Assembly: GCF_048403405.1 (NCBI RefSeq)
Contig: NZ_CP183129.1
Source: Escherichia coli
GTDB lineage: Bacteria > Pseudomonadota > Gammaproteobacteria > Enterobacterales > Enterobacteriaceae
Length of the DNA stretch: 64,000 bases
Direction: 5' to 3' (one strand)
The notes beneath the pieces are model-generated. The model made no database searches, had not been told where the DNA came from, and was given only the letters and a program-made list of their open reading frames with translations. This document shows positions 35,656 through 49,774 of this stretch, piece by piece. The translations under genes were made by a program, and so were the position numbers. How positions within the stretch are numbered: position 1 is the first letter of the stretch; every line of letters begins with the position of its first letter.

Positions 35656-36078
35656 CTAACGCCGATCGAGAGAAATCGCCCCCGGCCCGGTAATTGCCAA
35701 CAGCAGGAATGCGCCAGCGATACTGACATTCTTCCAGAAATTAATCATATTTGGCCCAACCGCATCGCCGGTCATATCCCAGTAATGGTGACCAATCACC
35801 GCCGTACCCAGCGTGTAGAAAATAAACAGCACCGCCAGCGGACGGGTGAAAAAGCCAAGCACGATTAATATCGCGGCGGGCACTTCCATAACTACCGCAA
35901 TAATCGCTGCCAGCATCGGCATTGGCGCGCCCAGCGAGGCCATATATTGGACCGTACCGTCAAAACCCATCATTTTGGGAAAACCAAAAATAATGAAAAT
36001 TAAGACCACGGCGATACGGGCAATTAATAACAAAACGGGGCGTGCAGCACCAAAATCAAAATAACGTAGTGAGTTCAT
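35656..36078 (-). CDS. yphA: DoxX-family inner membrane protein (140 aa)
   Basis: ORF 35656..36150; start at [10 protein letters not shown]; four hydrophobic helices. Confidence 0.8.
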   Translation of the reverse strand: MNSLRYFDFGAARPVLLLIARIAVVLIFIIFGFPKMMGFDGTVQYMASLGAPMPMLAAIIAVVMEVPAAILIVLGFFTRPLAVLFIFYTLGTAVIGHHYWDMTGDAVGPNMINFWKNVSIAGAFLLLAITGPGAISLDRR

Positions 36079-36174
36079 AACCAATCCCTTTGCAAGATAA
36101 TGTGATTTAAACGTAATACACACTCTTGCACCTCGCCACGCCCCAGGCATTGAGATATTCGCTAATTATCCTGG

Positions 36175-37386
<1,212 letters not shown>

Positions 37387-38199
37387 TTAAAGATCCAGCC
37401 CAGCCGCTACGTGGCGAATGCCGCGAATCGCTAAACCCGCATCAGCGTTGATCATCACACCGCTTAATGCGCGATTATTGCGCCGCGATGCCAACATCAC
37501 ATACGGACCCGTAAAATCCGCCGGTTGCGGGAAAAATTGCAGCGGTAAAATGGCGGCAATTTTCTCCGGCGTCAGAGACTGCATTATCGAGGTTTCACTT
37601 TGCCCGAGCGCCTGTGGGCCGCGCAGGTCGCTGGCCATACCACACGGGCCGACGCCATTCACCCGCACTTTCGGTGCCAGTTCATAAGCCAGTTGGCGAA
37701 TAAGTCCGGTTGCGGCATGTTTACTGGCGGTGTACAGCGGGCCACCGCCGCCGGGATACCAGGCGGCATTTGACAGTGTGAAAATCATGCTGCCTTCACT
37801 GGCGATTAACGCCGGAGCGCAGGCTTTTGCGCCCAGCAGGTAACCGAGTACGTTGACGTTAAACAGCTCGTGGAAGCCAGTTTCGAGCGTCTCTGCGGGA
37901 GTATTAACCAGTGAGGCATTGTGATCCCAGATGCCCGCATTGCCGATAAAACAATCCAGCTTGCCAGAACGAGTCAGGATCTGATCGACCGCGCGTTGAT
38001 AATCGGCATAGCAGGTCACGTTACCTTCCACCGCCAGAATATGTTCGCCAAATCGCTGACGCAGACTGGCGACTTTTGCCGCCGACAGTTCCAGCGTGGC
38101 AACCTGCGCGCCTTCTTCGATAAATCGCTCGACCAGCGCCAGGCCTAATCCCGATCCGCCGCCGGTAATAAAGATGGACTCGTTATGCAGATCGCTCAT
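37387..38199 (-). CDS. hcaB: cis-dihydrodiol dehydrogenase, SDR family (270 aa)
   Basis: Cofactor motif TGGGSGLG; SDR fold. Confidence 0.9.
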
Positions 38200-38515
38200 G
38201 GCTGCGCCTCCGGTAAGTCGATGAAGATGTCACCACCTTCAACGTGTACTGGATAAGTGGTTAGCGGATCGGTGGCGGGCAGGCATAACGCTTTCCCCGT
38301 TTTCAGGCAAAAACTGGCGGCGTGCAGCGGGCACTCCACCGTGGCGTCATCTTCCAGATACCCTTCTGACATCGACGCATTACCATGGCTGCAACGATCG
38401 TTAATGGCATAAAACTCGCCGCCTACGTTGAACAGGGCGATGACGGGCGAGGTATCGATCCGGAGAGCCTCACCCTCCGGCACATCCGCAACGGGACACG
38501 CATAAATTCGATTCA

Positions 38516-38516
<1 letters not shown>
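38196..38516 (-). CDS. hcaC: Rieske [2Fe-2S] ferredoxin subunit (106 aa)
   Basis: Rieske motifs CSHGNA and CPLHAASF. Confidence 0.9.
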
Positions 38517-40428
<1,912 letters not shown>

Positions 40429-40527
40429 CTATTTTTGTGCCATAAGGATGTTGCTGGTTGGTTGCTAATATGTGAAATAGTTAATTTCTACCAGCTGAGA
40501 CGTTTTTTCGATAACAAGGGGAAGGTG

Positions 40528-41418
40528 ATGGAACTACGGCATTTACGCTATTTCGTCGCAGTGGCGCAGGCACTGAACTTTACCCGTGCGGCGGAAAAAC
40601 TGCATACCTCACAGCCTTCGTTAAGCAGCCAGATCCGCGATCTTGAAAACTGTGTCGGTGTTCCGTTGCTGGTGAGGGATAAGCGCAAAGTCGCGTTGAC
40701 GGCGGCGGGAGAATGTTTTCTCCAGGACGCGCTGGCAATCCTCGAACAAGCGGAAAATGCCAAATTACGGGCGCGGAAAATTGTTCAGGAAGACAGACAA
40801 TTAACCATTGGCTTTGTGCCATCGGCGGAAGTGAATTTACTGCCAAAAGTATTACCGATGTTTCGTCTCAGACAGCCAGACACCTTAATTGAGCTGGTGA
40901 GTTTAATCACCACGGAACAGGAAGAAAAAATTCGCCGTGGTGAACTCGACGTCGGCTTAATGCGCCATCCTGTTTATAGCCCGGAGATTGATTATCTGGA
41001 GCTTTTTGACGAACCATTAGTGGTGGTGTTACCGGTTGATCACCCTTTAGCACATGAAAAAGAGATCACCGCCGCGCAACTGGATGGCGTGAATTTCGTC
41101 AGTACTGATCCTGCGTATTCCGGTTCGCTTGCGCCGATCGTTAAAGCGTGGTTTGCGCAAGAAAACAGCCAGCCAAATATCGTCCAGGTAGCAACGAATA
41201 TTCTGGTGACCATGAATCTGGTGGGGATGGGGCTGGGCGTCACTTTGATACCCGGTTATATGAATAATTTTAATACCGGCCAGGTGGTATTTCGACCCAT
41301 TGCCGGAAATGTGCCTTCCATTGCTTTACTGATGGCGTGGAAGAAAGGGGAGATGAAGCCGGCATTACGCGATTTCATCGCCATTGTGCAGGAACGTTTG
41401 GCAAGCGTAACGGCATAA
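40528..41418 (+). CDS. hcaR: LysR-family transcriptional activator of the hca operon (296 aa)
   Basis: ORF 40435..41418; start at MELRHLRYFVAVAQ (LysR HTH); divergent from hcaE. Confidence 0.9.
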   Translation: MELRHLRYFVAVAQALNFTRAAEKLHTSQPSLSSQIRDLENCVGVPLLVRDKRKVALTAAGECFLQDALAILEQAENAKLRARKIVQEDRQLTIGFVPSAEVNLLPKVLPMFRLRQPDTLIELVSLITTEQEEKIRRGELDVGLMRHPVYSPEIDYLELFDEPLVVVLPVDHPLAHEKEITAAQLDGVNFVSTDPAYSGSLAPIVKAWFAQENSQPNIVQVATNILVTMNLVGMGLGVTLIPGYMNNFNTGQVVFRPIAGNVPSIALLMAWKKGEMKPALRDFIAIVQERLASVTA

Positions 41419-41577
41419 TTACGCATTATTTTTGCAACATGCGTCGCGGATCGCAGTTTTTTAGTGCTTGTGAACTGGTGTTACAGACATCGGGAAGCAG
41501 GCTCGAATATTCTTATTTTTCAACTTGCACCAACATTCGATTAACCCCAGACTAACGCCTCCTGATGGGAGGGACTC

Positions 41578-42717
41578 ATGGTTTTGCAATCCACGCGCTG
41601 GTTGGCGCTCGGCTATTTCACATACTTTTTTAGTTACGGCATTTTTCTACCTTTCTGGAGCGTCTGGCTTAAAGGGATTGGTTTAACGCCAGAAACCATC
41701 GGCCTGTTATTGGGGGCAGGTCTGGTTGCCCGTTTTCTCGGGAGTTTGCTCATCGCGCCCCGCGTCAGCGATCCTTCTCGCCTGATTTCCGCCTTGCGCG
41801 TGCTGGCACTGCTGACACTTCTCTTTGCTGTCGCCTTCTGGGCGGGGGCGCACGTAGCGTGGCTGATGCTGGTGATGATTGGCTTTAACCTCTTTTTCTC
41901 ACCGCTGGTACCGTTGACCGATGCACTGGCGAATACGTGGCAAAAGCAGTTCCCGCTTGATTACGGCAAAGTGCGACTGTGGGGCTCGGTGGCGTTTGTC
42001 ATTGGCTCGGCGCTGACGGGCAAACTGGTCACTATGTTTGATTATCGGGTGATCCTCGCGCTGTTGACGTTGGGCGTGGCATCCATGCTGCTCGGCTTTC
42101 TCATCCGTCCGACGATTCAGCCACAAGGGGCAAGCCGCCAGCAGGAGAGCACCGGTTGGTCAGCGTGGTTGGCGCTGGTTCGCCAGAACTGGCGCTTTCT
42201 GGCCTGCGTTTGTTTATTGCAGGGGGCGCATGCGGCCTATTACGGTTTTAGCGCCATTTACTGGCAGGCCGCTGGCTACTCGGCCTCGGCGGTGGGCTAT
42301 TTGTGGTCGCTGGGCGTGGTGGCGGAAGTCATTATCTTTGCGCTGAGTAATAAACTTTTCCGCCGTTGTAGTGCACGCGATATGCTGTTGATCTCAGCGA
42401 TTTGCGGCGTAGTGCGCTGGGGCATTATGGGAGCAACTACGGCGTTGCCGTGGTTGATAGTGGTGCAAATTCTGCATTGTGGCACCTTCACGGTCTGCCA
42501 CCTGGCCGCCATGCGCTATATTGCCGCTCGCCAGGGTAGCGAAGTCATCCGTTTACAGGCGGTTTACTCTGCCGTCGCGATGGGCGGCAGTATCGCGATC
42601 ATGACCGTTTTCGCCGGTTTCCTGTATCAATATCTGGGCCACGGCGTGTTCTGGGTGATGGCGCTGGTGGCGCTTCCGGCAATGTTTTTGCGCCCGAAAG
42701 TTGTTCCCTCATGCTGA
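41578..42717 (+). CDS. hcaT: MFS transporter, putative 3-phenylpropionate permease (379 aa)
   Basis: 12-helix hydrophobic profile. Confidence 0.85.
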   Translation: MVLQSTRWLALGYFTYFFSYGIFLPFWSVWLKGIGLTPETIGLLLGAGLVARFLGSLLIAPRVSDPSRLISALRVLALLTLLFAVAFWAGAHVAWLMLVMIGFNLFFSPLVPLTDALANTWQKQFPLDYGKVRLWGSVAFVIGSALTGKLVTMFDYRVILALLTLGVASMLLGFLIRPTIQPQGASRQQESTGWSAWLALVRQNWRFLACVCLLQGAHAAYYGFSAIYWQAAGYSASAVGYLWSLGVVAEVIIFALSNKLFRRCSARDMLLISAICGVVRWGIMGATTALPWLIVVQILHCGTFTVCHLAAMRYIAARQGSEVIRLQAVYSAVAMGGSIAIMTVFAGFLYQYLGHGVFWVMALVALPAMFLRPKVVPSC

Positions 42718-43989
42718 TTCGAGCATTTTGCGGATCTGCTCCTGTTGATGTGTTGTCAACGTCAGGTCCGTATAGATCAGCGGTGGTGAAAAGAGCGGTA
42801 ACGGCATAGTATAAGGAGCAATAATCAGTGCCGCGCTGCGCGGAGCGCCTGTCTGCAAAAATGCCTTTACCGACATATGTTTAATATTGAGCGGCAGTAA
42901 CGTTAGTTCGCGTAGCTGCTGCTCAATCTGCGCTTCTCGCTCGCTATCATTCCCGGTCAGTAGAATAATCTGTTTCTCATGCAGGTCGTTTTCCTGCATT
43001 AGCCAGGCACCGAAAATCACCGCGACCAGACCGCTTTCCTCATCAGAAAGATGGACGCCGTATTCACTTTCAAATCCGGCCAGCGCCGCGCGGGTGGTGC
43101 GCACCAGGCGTGGATACAGGCGGGCGAACTCTTCCGGCAGGGTGTTATCAATACCGATGGCAAACAAACTGCGATTTAACGCCTGGGCGAGGTGGGTATA
43201 AAGCTGATCGCATAACCCCTGTTCATCATAAAAACGAACATTTCCCAGCTCACGAAAATGGTTTACCAGACGTTTGATAGACTTACGCAGTTGTCTGTCC
43301 CGCTGATGCGCATCCCGCAGTGGATCGGGAACCCGCAACATGGAAAAAAGTAATGCCATAAACAGTGGCTCATCAGGCGGTACAGGCTGGAGCGCCCGAC
43401 GCTGCCAGTGGCGTCCAATTTCCTGCGCTACCTGAAATTCAAGGCAGGATTCCGCCCAGCGACGTTGGAGCGGATTAAACTGAGGCGTAATTCCAGCGTG
43501 GTGTTGCAGCAAACAATATTGCAGATACAGACACAGGAAATGAATATCGCGCGTTTCAAAGCGTTTTTGCAGCCGTCGGGAGCAGAGATTCACTAACGCT
43601 TGTAGATTGGTATCGTCGTAAAAGTTACGCGCAATTCCGCGCCGCTTCAGTTCACTCTTCAGGGCGGGGGTGAAATGGCTGGTAATAAATGACGGACATA
43701 GACGGAAACCACGTCGTAGCCAGTGAAATAAACACAAACGTTGGTTAAGCACTGTACCTTCAACCCGGTAGCTACCGTCATAACCAGTAGTCAGTGTGAG
43801 TTGATGATAGCGCAGGATCTCACGTCCTGTTTCGCTGATATCAAGACTGGCAATATCATCATCCACACCATTAAGCTCGCTGAAAGTTGCCGTGGTGGCG
43901 GTCAACCCCGGCTGAAAGAGTGTCAGCAAGATCTGGCAGCGGCGCTGGGGAGCCGAAAGGACAGATGGTGGAGCAAGCGTAGGCATCAT
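42709..43989 (-). CDS. csiE: stationary-phase inducible protein CsiE (426 aa)
   Basis: ORF 42709..44010; start at MMPTLAPPSVLSAPQRR; 3' end overlaps hcaT by 9 nt. Confidence 0.8.
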   Translation of the reverse strand: MMPTLAPPSVLSAPQRRCQILLTLFQPGLTATTATFSELNGVDDDIASLDISETGREILRYHQLTLTTGYDGSYRVEGTVLNQRLCLFHWLRRGFRLCPSFITSHFTPALKSELKRRGIARNFYDDTNLQALVNLCSRRLQKRFETRDIHFLCLYLQYCLLQHHAGITPQFNPLQRRWAESCLEFQVAQEIGRHWQRRALQPVPPDEPLFMALLFSMLRVPDPLRDAHQRDRQLRKSIKRLVNHFRELGNVRFYDEQGLCDQLYTHLAQALNRSLFAIGIDNTLPEEFARLYPRLVRTTRAALAGFESEYGVHLSDEESGLVAVIFGAWLMQENDLHEKQIILLTGNDSEREAQIEQQLRELTLLPLNIKHMSVKAFLQTGAPRSAALIIAPYTMPLPLFSPPLIYTDLTLTTHQQEQIRKMLESA

Positions 43990-44179
43990 CTGTAGATCTC
44001 CCATAAGCATAATTGATAAGAATAGCTAAAGTTTGCTCATGGAAATGGCGAAGGGAATGCTAATCATCAGAAATGTTGGCAAGCGTCACAGAATTTTTCT
44101 CATCTTAAACTGTTCTGACCAGTGGATTAGCATGTCTTAAGGTGGTTTTGTGAATGATTATCGTGCTAGCGATCATGGG

Positions 44180-45034
44180 TTAGTTCTGCGGATTCAACGC
44201 GCTAAGGATAAAATCCACCATCTGTTCGCGATAAACATCGCCGTGACGATCGGAAAAAGCATCAATGTGTTCGCCATCCGGGATTAGGATCAACCGTTTT
44301 GGCTCTTTTGCCAGGCTATACAACTTTTCGCTGTGCTGCCATGGGATAACGTGATCAGCTTTACCGTGAATCAGTAAAAGCGGGATCGGGCTGACGCTGG
44401 CGATGTAATTTTCGCCGCTGTAACTCTCATCAAGTAAGTAGCCACTGCCGGGGATCATCTGGTTGGCGATGGTCGCATAAGAGGCAAATGTGGAGTCGAG
44501 GATCACCGCACGTATGCCTTCACGATCACCCTGACCAATAACATCCAGAATATTCGCCCCGCCAATACTCTGCCCGAACAGCACCAGCCGTTGTGGGTTT
44601 ACATCACTGCGATGGCGCACCACATTGATGGCACTTTGCGTATCGTCCAGCAATCCGGCCTGGGACGGCGTGCCTTTTGATTTACCAAACCCGCGATAAT
44701 CAAACATAAAAACGTTGAAATTACGCTCGGGTAACCAACTGACCAGCGGCCAGTGGGCGGACATATTTCCGGCATTGCCGTGAGCATGAATAATGGTGGC
44801 AATGGCATTTTCAGCGGGGCCAGTTGCAGAAGGGATAAACCAACCATGTAGGCGAGTGCCATCTTTAGCGGTGAATTCTACTGATTCGGCTGACCAGGGA
44901 TCGGGGCCGTAGATTTTGTCGTCAGGGTAATAGAAAAAATTGATGGCGATGCGCGGTATTAAATAAATGCAGAAGGCAACAACAAAGAGAATAAACAGAA
45001 TTTTGAGAACGCGTTTGTTCACTGGCAGCGCCAT
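44180..45034 (-). CDS. yfhR: alpha/beta-hydrolase family protein (284 aa)
   Basis: N-terminal membrane anchor; nucleophile elbow GQSIGG; start at MALPVNKRV. Confidence 0.8.
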   Translation of the reverse strand: MALPVNKRVLKILFILFVVAFCIYLIPRIAINFFYYPDDKIYGPDPWSAESVEFTAKDGTRLHGWFIPSATGPAENAIATIIHAHGNAGNMSAHWPLVSWLPERNFNVFMFDYRGFGKSKGTPSQAGLLDDTQSAINVVRHRSDVNPQRLVLFGQSIGGANILDVIGQGDREGIRAVILDSTFASYATIANQMIPGSGYLLDESYSGENYIASVSPIPLLLIHGKADHVIPWQHSEKLYSLAKEPKRLILIPDGEHIDAFSDRHGDVYREQMVDFILSALNPQN

Positions 45035-45178
45035 AACCTTTCCTTGCGACTTCTTTATCATCCATTAATCGGGGAAAGATGGTGGGAGAGTGGCGAAAGA
45101 AAGTAAAGCGGTGAGGAAGTATTTCGGAATAGCGCCTGAAAGGCGAGGGCGGGTGAGTGACATCACCCGCCAGAGTCA

Positions 45179-45982
45179 TTAACGCTTCAGGGCGTCGCTT
45201 AACTCGTCACGCATGTTCGCCAGCATGGCTTTAACAACGCGCGGGTTACCAGCAACGATGTTACCGGTCAGCATGTAGTTATGACCACCGGTGAAGTCGC
45301 TGACGATGCCGCCCGCTTCACGAACCAGCAGCTCGCCTGCCGCGAAATCCCACGGACGCAGACCGATTTCAAAGAAACCGTCAACGCGACCCGCAGCAAC
45401 GTAAGCCAGATCCAGCGCCGCAGAACCGGTACGACGGAAGTCTGCACATTCGTTGAACAGTTTGCCGACGATGTTGATGTAGGTGGTGGCGTACTGTTTT
45501 GCTTTGAACGGGAAGCCGGTCGCCAGAATAGTACCGTCGAGATCGCGAGCGGTGCTGCCGCGCAGACGGTAGCCGTTCAGCTGTGCGCCCTGACCGCGAG
45601 TGGCGGTGAACAGTTCGTTACGCATAGGATCGTAAACCACAGCAACTTCAGTGCGGCCTTTGATACGAACGGCGATAGATACCGCGAAGTGCGGCAGACG
45701 TTTGATAAAGTTGGTAGTGCCATCCAGTGGATCGATAACCCATTGAACATCCTGATCAGTACCTTCAAGTTCACCGCTTTCTTCGGTGATGATGGTGTGC
45801 TGTGGGTAAGATTTACGAATCGTGTCGATAATCACCGCTTCGGCAGCTTTATCTACGTTGGTCACGAAGTCGTTACTGCCTTTCTGGCTCGCTTCTACAG
45901 CGTCCGGGGTTTCATAGTTTTTGGCAATTAAATTACCCGCCTTGCGCGCTGCGCGCACGGCGATGTTCAGCATCGGATGCAT
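45179..45982 (-). CDS. suhB: inositol-1-monophosphatase (267 aa)
   Basis: IMPase motifs WVIDPLDGTTNF and WDFAAG. Confidence 0.9.
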   Translation of the reverse strand: MHPMLNIAVRAARKAGNLIAKNYETPDAVEASQKGSNDFVTNVDKAAEAVIIDTIRKSYPQHTIITEESGELEGTDQDVQWVIDPLDGTTNFIKRLPHFAVSIAVRIKGRTEVAVVYDPMRNELFTATRGQGAQLNGYRLRGSTARDLDGTILATGFPFKAKQYATTYINIVGKLFNECADFRRTGSAALDLAYVAAGRVDGFFEIGLRPWDFAAGELLVREAGGIVSDFTGGHNYMLTGNIVAGNPRVVKAMLANMRDELSDALKR

Positions 45983-46100
45983 CGGTCTCTCTCACTGGAT
46001 GTTAAAGAACGGGAAAACGGCGCAGAGTATAGCAGCGAGATCGGCATCTGTCTTCGTTTTATGATAAGATGCGCGAATAATCTTTAGACGAAGAAAGACA

Positions 46101-46841
46101 ATGCTGCAAAATATTCGAATTGTGCTGGTGGAGACGTCACACACCGGCAATATGGGTTCTGTTGCCCGTGCCATGAAAACAATGGGATTAACCAATCTGT
46201 GGCTGGTTAATCCACTGGTGAAACCTGACTCCCAGGCGATTGCCCTGGCTGCAGGGGCCAGCGATGTGATTGGTAATGCTCATATCGTCGATACGCTCGA
46301 CGAAGCGTTAGCCGGTTGTAGCCTGGTGGTGGGCACCAGCGCACGCTCCCGCACGCTGCCGTGGCCGATGCTCGACCCGCGCGAATGCGGTCTGAAAAGC
46401 GTCGCTGAAGCGGCAAATACCCCGGTGGCGCTGGTTTTTGGTCGCGAGCGCGTCGGCTTGACCAATGAAGAGTTGCAGAAATGCCATTATCATGTCGCGA
46501 TTGCCGCTAACCCGGAATACAGTTCGCTGAACCTGGCGATGGCGGTTCAGGTTATTGCCTATGAAGTGCGCATGGCCTGGCTGGCAACTCAGGAAAATGG
46601 CGAACAAGTCGAGCATGAAGAGACGCCGTATCCGCTGGTCGATGATCTGGAGCGTTTTTATGGTCATCTGGAACAAACGCTGCTGGCAACCGGTTTTATT
46701 CGTGAAAACCATCCGGGGCAGGTGATGAATAAATTGCGCCGTCTGTTTACCCGTGCGCGCCCGGAAAGCCAGGAATTGAATATCCTGCGCGGCATTCTGG
46801 CTTCTATAGAGCAGCAGAATAAAGGTAATAAGGCCGAATAA
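46101..46841 (+). CDS. trmJ: tRNA (cytidine/uridine-2'-O)-methyltransferase TrmJ (246 aa)
   Basis: SpoU-class methyltransferase; divergent from suhB and upstream of iscR. Confidence 0.9.
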
Positions 46842-46847
46842 CAGTGG

Positions 46848-46935
<88 letters not shown>

Positions 46936-46977
46936 CAGGTACAAACGCCACGATAAAAAAATGGCACTGAAGGTTAA

Positions 46978-47027
46978 ATACCCGACTAAATCAGTCAAGT
47001 AAATAGTTGACCAATTTACTCGGGAAT
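46978..47027 (+). promoter_or_regulatory. candidate IscR type-1 binding sites in the iscR promoter
   Basis: ATACCCGACTAAATCAGTCAAGTAAAT fits ATASYYGACTRwwwYAGTCRRSTAT; a second weaker site AATAGTTGACCAATTTACTCGGGAAT is adjacent. Confidence 0.4.
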
Positions 47028-47110
47028 GTCAGACTTGACCCTGCTATGCAATACCCCCACTTTTACAATAAAAAACCCCGGGCAGGGGCGAGTTTGAGGT
47101 GAAGTAAGAC

Positions 47111-47599
47111 ATGAGACTGACATCTAAAGGGCGCTATGCCGTGACCGCAATGCTTGACGTTGCGCTCAACTCTGAAGCGGGCCCGGTACCGTTGGCTGAT
47201 ATTTCCGAACGTCAGGGAATTTCCCTTTCTTATCTGGAACAACTGTTTTCCCGTCTGCGTAAAAATGGTCTGGTTTCCAGCGTACGTGGACCAGGCGGTG
47301 GTTATCTGTTAGGCAAAGATGCCAGCAGCATCGCCGTTGGCGAAGTGATTAGCGCCGTTGACGAATCTGTAGATGCCACCCGTTGTCAGGGTAAAGGCGG
47401 CTGCCAGGGCGGCGATAAATGCCTGACCCACGCGCTGTGGCGTGATTTGAGCGACCGTCTCACCGGTTTTCTCAACAACATTACTTTAGGCGAACTGGTT
47501 AATAACCAGGAAGTGCTGGATGTGTCTGGTCGTCAGCATACTCACGACGCGCCACGCACCCGCACACAAGACGCGATCGACGTTAAGTTACGCGCTTAA
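47111..47599 (+). CDS. iscR: Fe-S cluster regulator IscR, Rrf2 family (162 aa)
   Basis: N-terminal HTH; cluster-ligand cysteines ([13 protein letters not shown]). Confidence 0.95.
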
Positions 47600-47710
47600 T
47601 AAAAAGTATTCAGAATCAGGCCGGAGTGTTTAACACTCCGTAAACACGGTCGTACATCCAGCCGGTAGCCTGGTTCCTTGCATTGAGTGATGTACGGAGT
47701 TTATAGAGCA

Positions 47711-48925
47711 ATGAAATTACCGATTTATCTCGACTACTCCGCAACCACGCCGGTGGACCCGCGTGTTGCCGAGAAAATGATGCAGTTTATGACGATGGAC
47801 GGAACCTTTGGTAACCCGGCCTCCCGTTCTCACCGTTTCGGCTGGCAGGCTGAAGAAGCGGTAGATATCGCCCGTAATCAGATTGCCGAACTGGTCGGCG
47901 CTGACCCGCGTGAAATCGTCTTTACCTCTGGTGCAACCGAATCTGACAACCTGGCGATCAAAGGTGCAGCCAACTTTTATCAGAAAAAAGGCAAGCACAT
48001 CATCACCAGTAAAACCGAACACAAAGCGGTACTGGATACCTGCCGTCAGCTGGAGCGCGAAGGTTTCGAAGTCACCTACCTGGCACCGCAGCGTAATGGC
48101 ATTATCGACCTGAAAGAACTGGAAGCAGCGATGCGTGACGACACCATCCTCGTTTCCATCATGCACGTAAATAACGAAATCGGCGTGGTGCAGGATATCG
48201 CGGCTATCGGCGAAATGTGCCGTGCTCGCGGCATTATCTATCACGTTGATGCAACCCAGAGCGTGGGCAAACTGCCTATCGACCTGAGCCAGTTGAAAGT
48301 TGACCTGATGTCATTCTCCGGTCACAAAATCTATGGCCCGAAAGGGATCGGTGCGCTGTATGTGCGTCGTAAACCGCGCGTACGCATCGAAGCGCAAATG
48401 CACGGCGGCGGTCACGAGCGCGGTATGCGTTCCGGCACTCTGCCTGTTCACCAGATCGTTGGTATGGGCGAAGCCTATCGCATCGCAAAAGAAGAGATGG
48501 CGACCGAGATGGAACGTCTGCGCGGCCTGCGTAACCGTCTGTGGAACGGCATCAAAGATATCGAAGAAGTTTACCTGAACGGTGACCTGGAACACGGCGC
48601 GCCGAACATTCTCAACGTCAGCTTCAACTACGTTGAAGGTGAGTCGCTGATTATGGCGCTGAAAGACCTCGCGGTTTCTTCAGGTTCCGCCTGTACGTCA
48701 GCAAGCCTCGAACCGTCCTACGTGCTGCGCGCGCTGGGGCTGAACGACGAGCTGGCACATAGCTCTATCCGTTTCTCTTTAGGTCGTTTTACTACTGAAG
48801 AAGAGATCGACTACACCATCGAGTTAGTTCGTAAATCCATCGGTCGTCTGCGTGACCTTTCTCCGCTGTGGGAAATGTACAAGCAGGGCGTGGATCTGAA
48901 CAGCATCGAATGGGCACATCATTAA
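47711..48925 (+). CDS. iscS: cysteine desulfurase IscS (404 aa)
   Basis: PLP motif [10 protein letters not shown] and active-site loop SSGSACTS; start at [19 protein letters not shown]. Confidence 0.95.
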   Translation: MKLPIYLDYSATTPVDPRVAEKMMQFMTMDGTFGNPASRSHRFGWQAEEAVDIARNQIAELVGADPREIVFTSGATESDNLAIKGAANFYQKKGKHIITSKTEHKAVLDTCRQLEREGFEVTYLAPQRNGIIDLKELEAAMRDDTILVSIMHVNNEIGVVQDIAAIGEMCRARGIIYHVDATQSVGKLPIDLSQLKVDLMSFSGHKIYGPKGIGALYVRRKPRVRIEAQMHGGGHERGMRSGTLPVHQIVGMGEAYRIAKEEMATEMERLRGLRNRLWNGIKDIEEVYLNGDLEHGAPNILNVSFNYVEGESLIMALKDLAVSSGSACTSASLEPSYVLRALGLNDELAHSSIRFSLGRFTTEEEIDYTIELVRKSIGRLRDLSPLWEMYKQGVDLNSIEWAHH

Positions 48926-48952
48926 TCGGTATCGGAATCAGGAGAATTTATA

Positions 48953-49339
48953 ATGGCTTACAGCGAAAAAGTTATCGACCATTACGAGAATCCGCGTAAC
49001 GTGGGTTCTTTTGACAACAACGACGAGAACGTCGGCAGCGGCATGGTGGGTGCACCGGCCTGTGGCGACGTGATGAAGTTGCAGATTAAAGTCAACGATG
49101 AAGGTATCATTGAAGACGCGCGTTTTAAAACTTACGGCTGCGGTTCTGCTATCGCTTCCAGCTCCCTGGTCACCGAATGGGTGAAAGGGAAGTCTCTCGA
49201 CGAAGCGCAGGCGATCAAAAACACCGATATTGCTGAAGAACTTGAACTGCCGCCGGTGAAAATTCACTGTTCTATTCTGGCAGAAGACGCGATCAAAGCC
49301 GCCATTGCGGACTATAAAAGCAAACGTGAAGCAAAATAA
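48953..49339 (+). CDS. iscU: Fe-S scaffold protein IscU (128 aa)
   Basis: Motifs CGDVMKL, GCGSAIASS and LPPVKIHCS. Confidence 0.95.
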   Translation: MAYSEKVIDHYENPRNVGSFDNNDENVGSGMVGAPACGDVMKLQIKVNDEGIIEDARFKTYGCGSAIASSSLVTEWVKGKSLDEAQAIKNTDIAEELELPPVKIHCSILAEDAIKAAIADYKSKREAK

Positions 49340-49355
49340 GAGTTGAGGTTTGGTT

Positions 49356-49679
49356 ATGTCGATTACACTGAGCGACAGTGCAGCAGCGCGAGTAAATACC
49401 TTTCTGGCTAACCGTGGCAAAGGGTTTGGCCTGCGTCTGGGCGTGAGAACCTCCGGATGTTCAGGTATGGCTTATGTACTGGAATTTGTTGACGAACCGA
49501 CGCCGGAAGACATCGTGTTTGAAGACAAAGGCGTGAAAGTCGTGGTCGATGGCAAAAGCCTGCAATTTCTGGACGGTACGCAGCTGGACTTCGTAAAAGA
49601 AGGCCTGAACGAAGGGTTTAAATTCACCAACCCGAACGTTAAAGATGAGTGTGGTTGCGGCGAAAGCTTCCACGTTTGA
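49356..49679 (+). CDS. iscA: Fe-S A-type carrier IscA (107 aa)
   Basis: C-terminal CGCGESF; start at [13 protein letters not shown]. Confidence 0.9.
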   Translation: MSITLSDSAAARVNTFLANRGKGFGLRLGVRTSGCSGMAYVLEFVDEPTPEDIVFEDKGVKVVVDGKSLQFLDGTQLDFVKEGLNEGFKFTNPNVKDECGCGESFHV

Positions 49680-49774
49680 TGCGCATACCGATAACCCCAC
49701 CGTGGTCGCCTGCGCGTGGGGTTTGTTTTACCTGATTCGCCGTTATCGCGGCGGATCGCAGCCCTGAGAATGTT

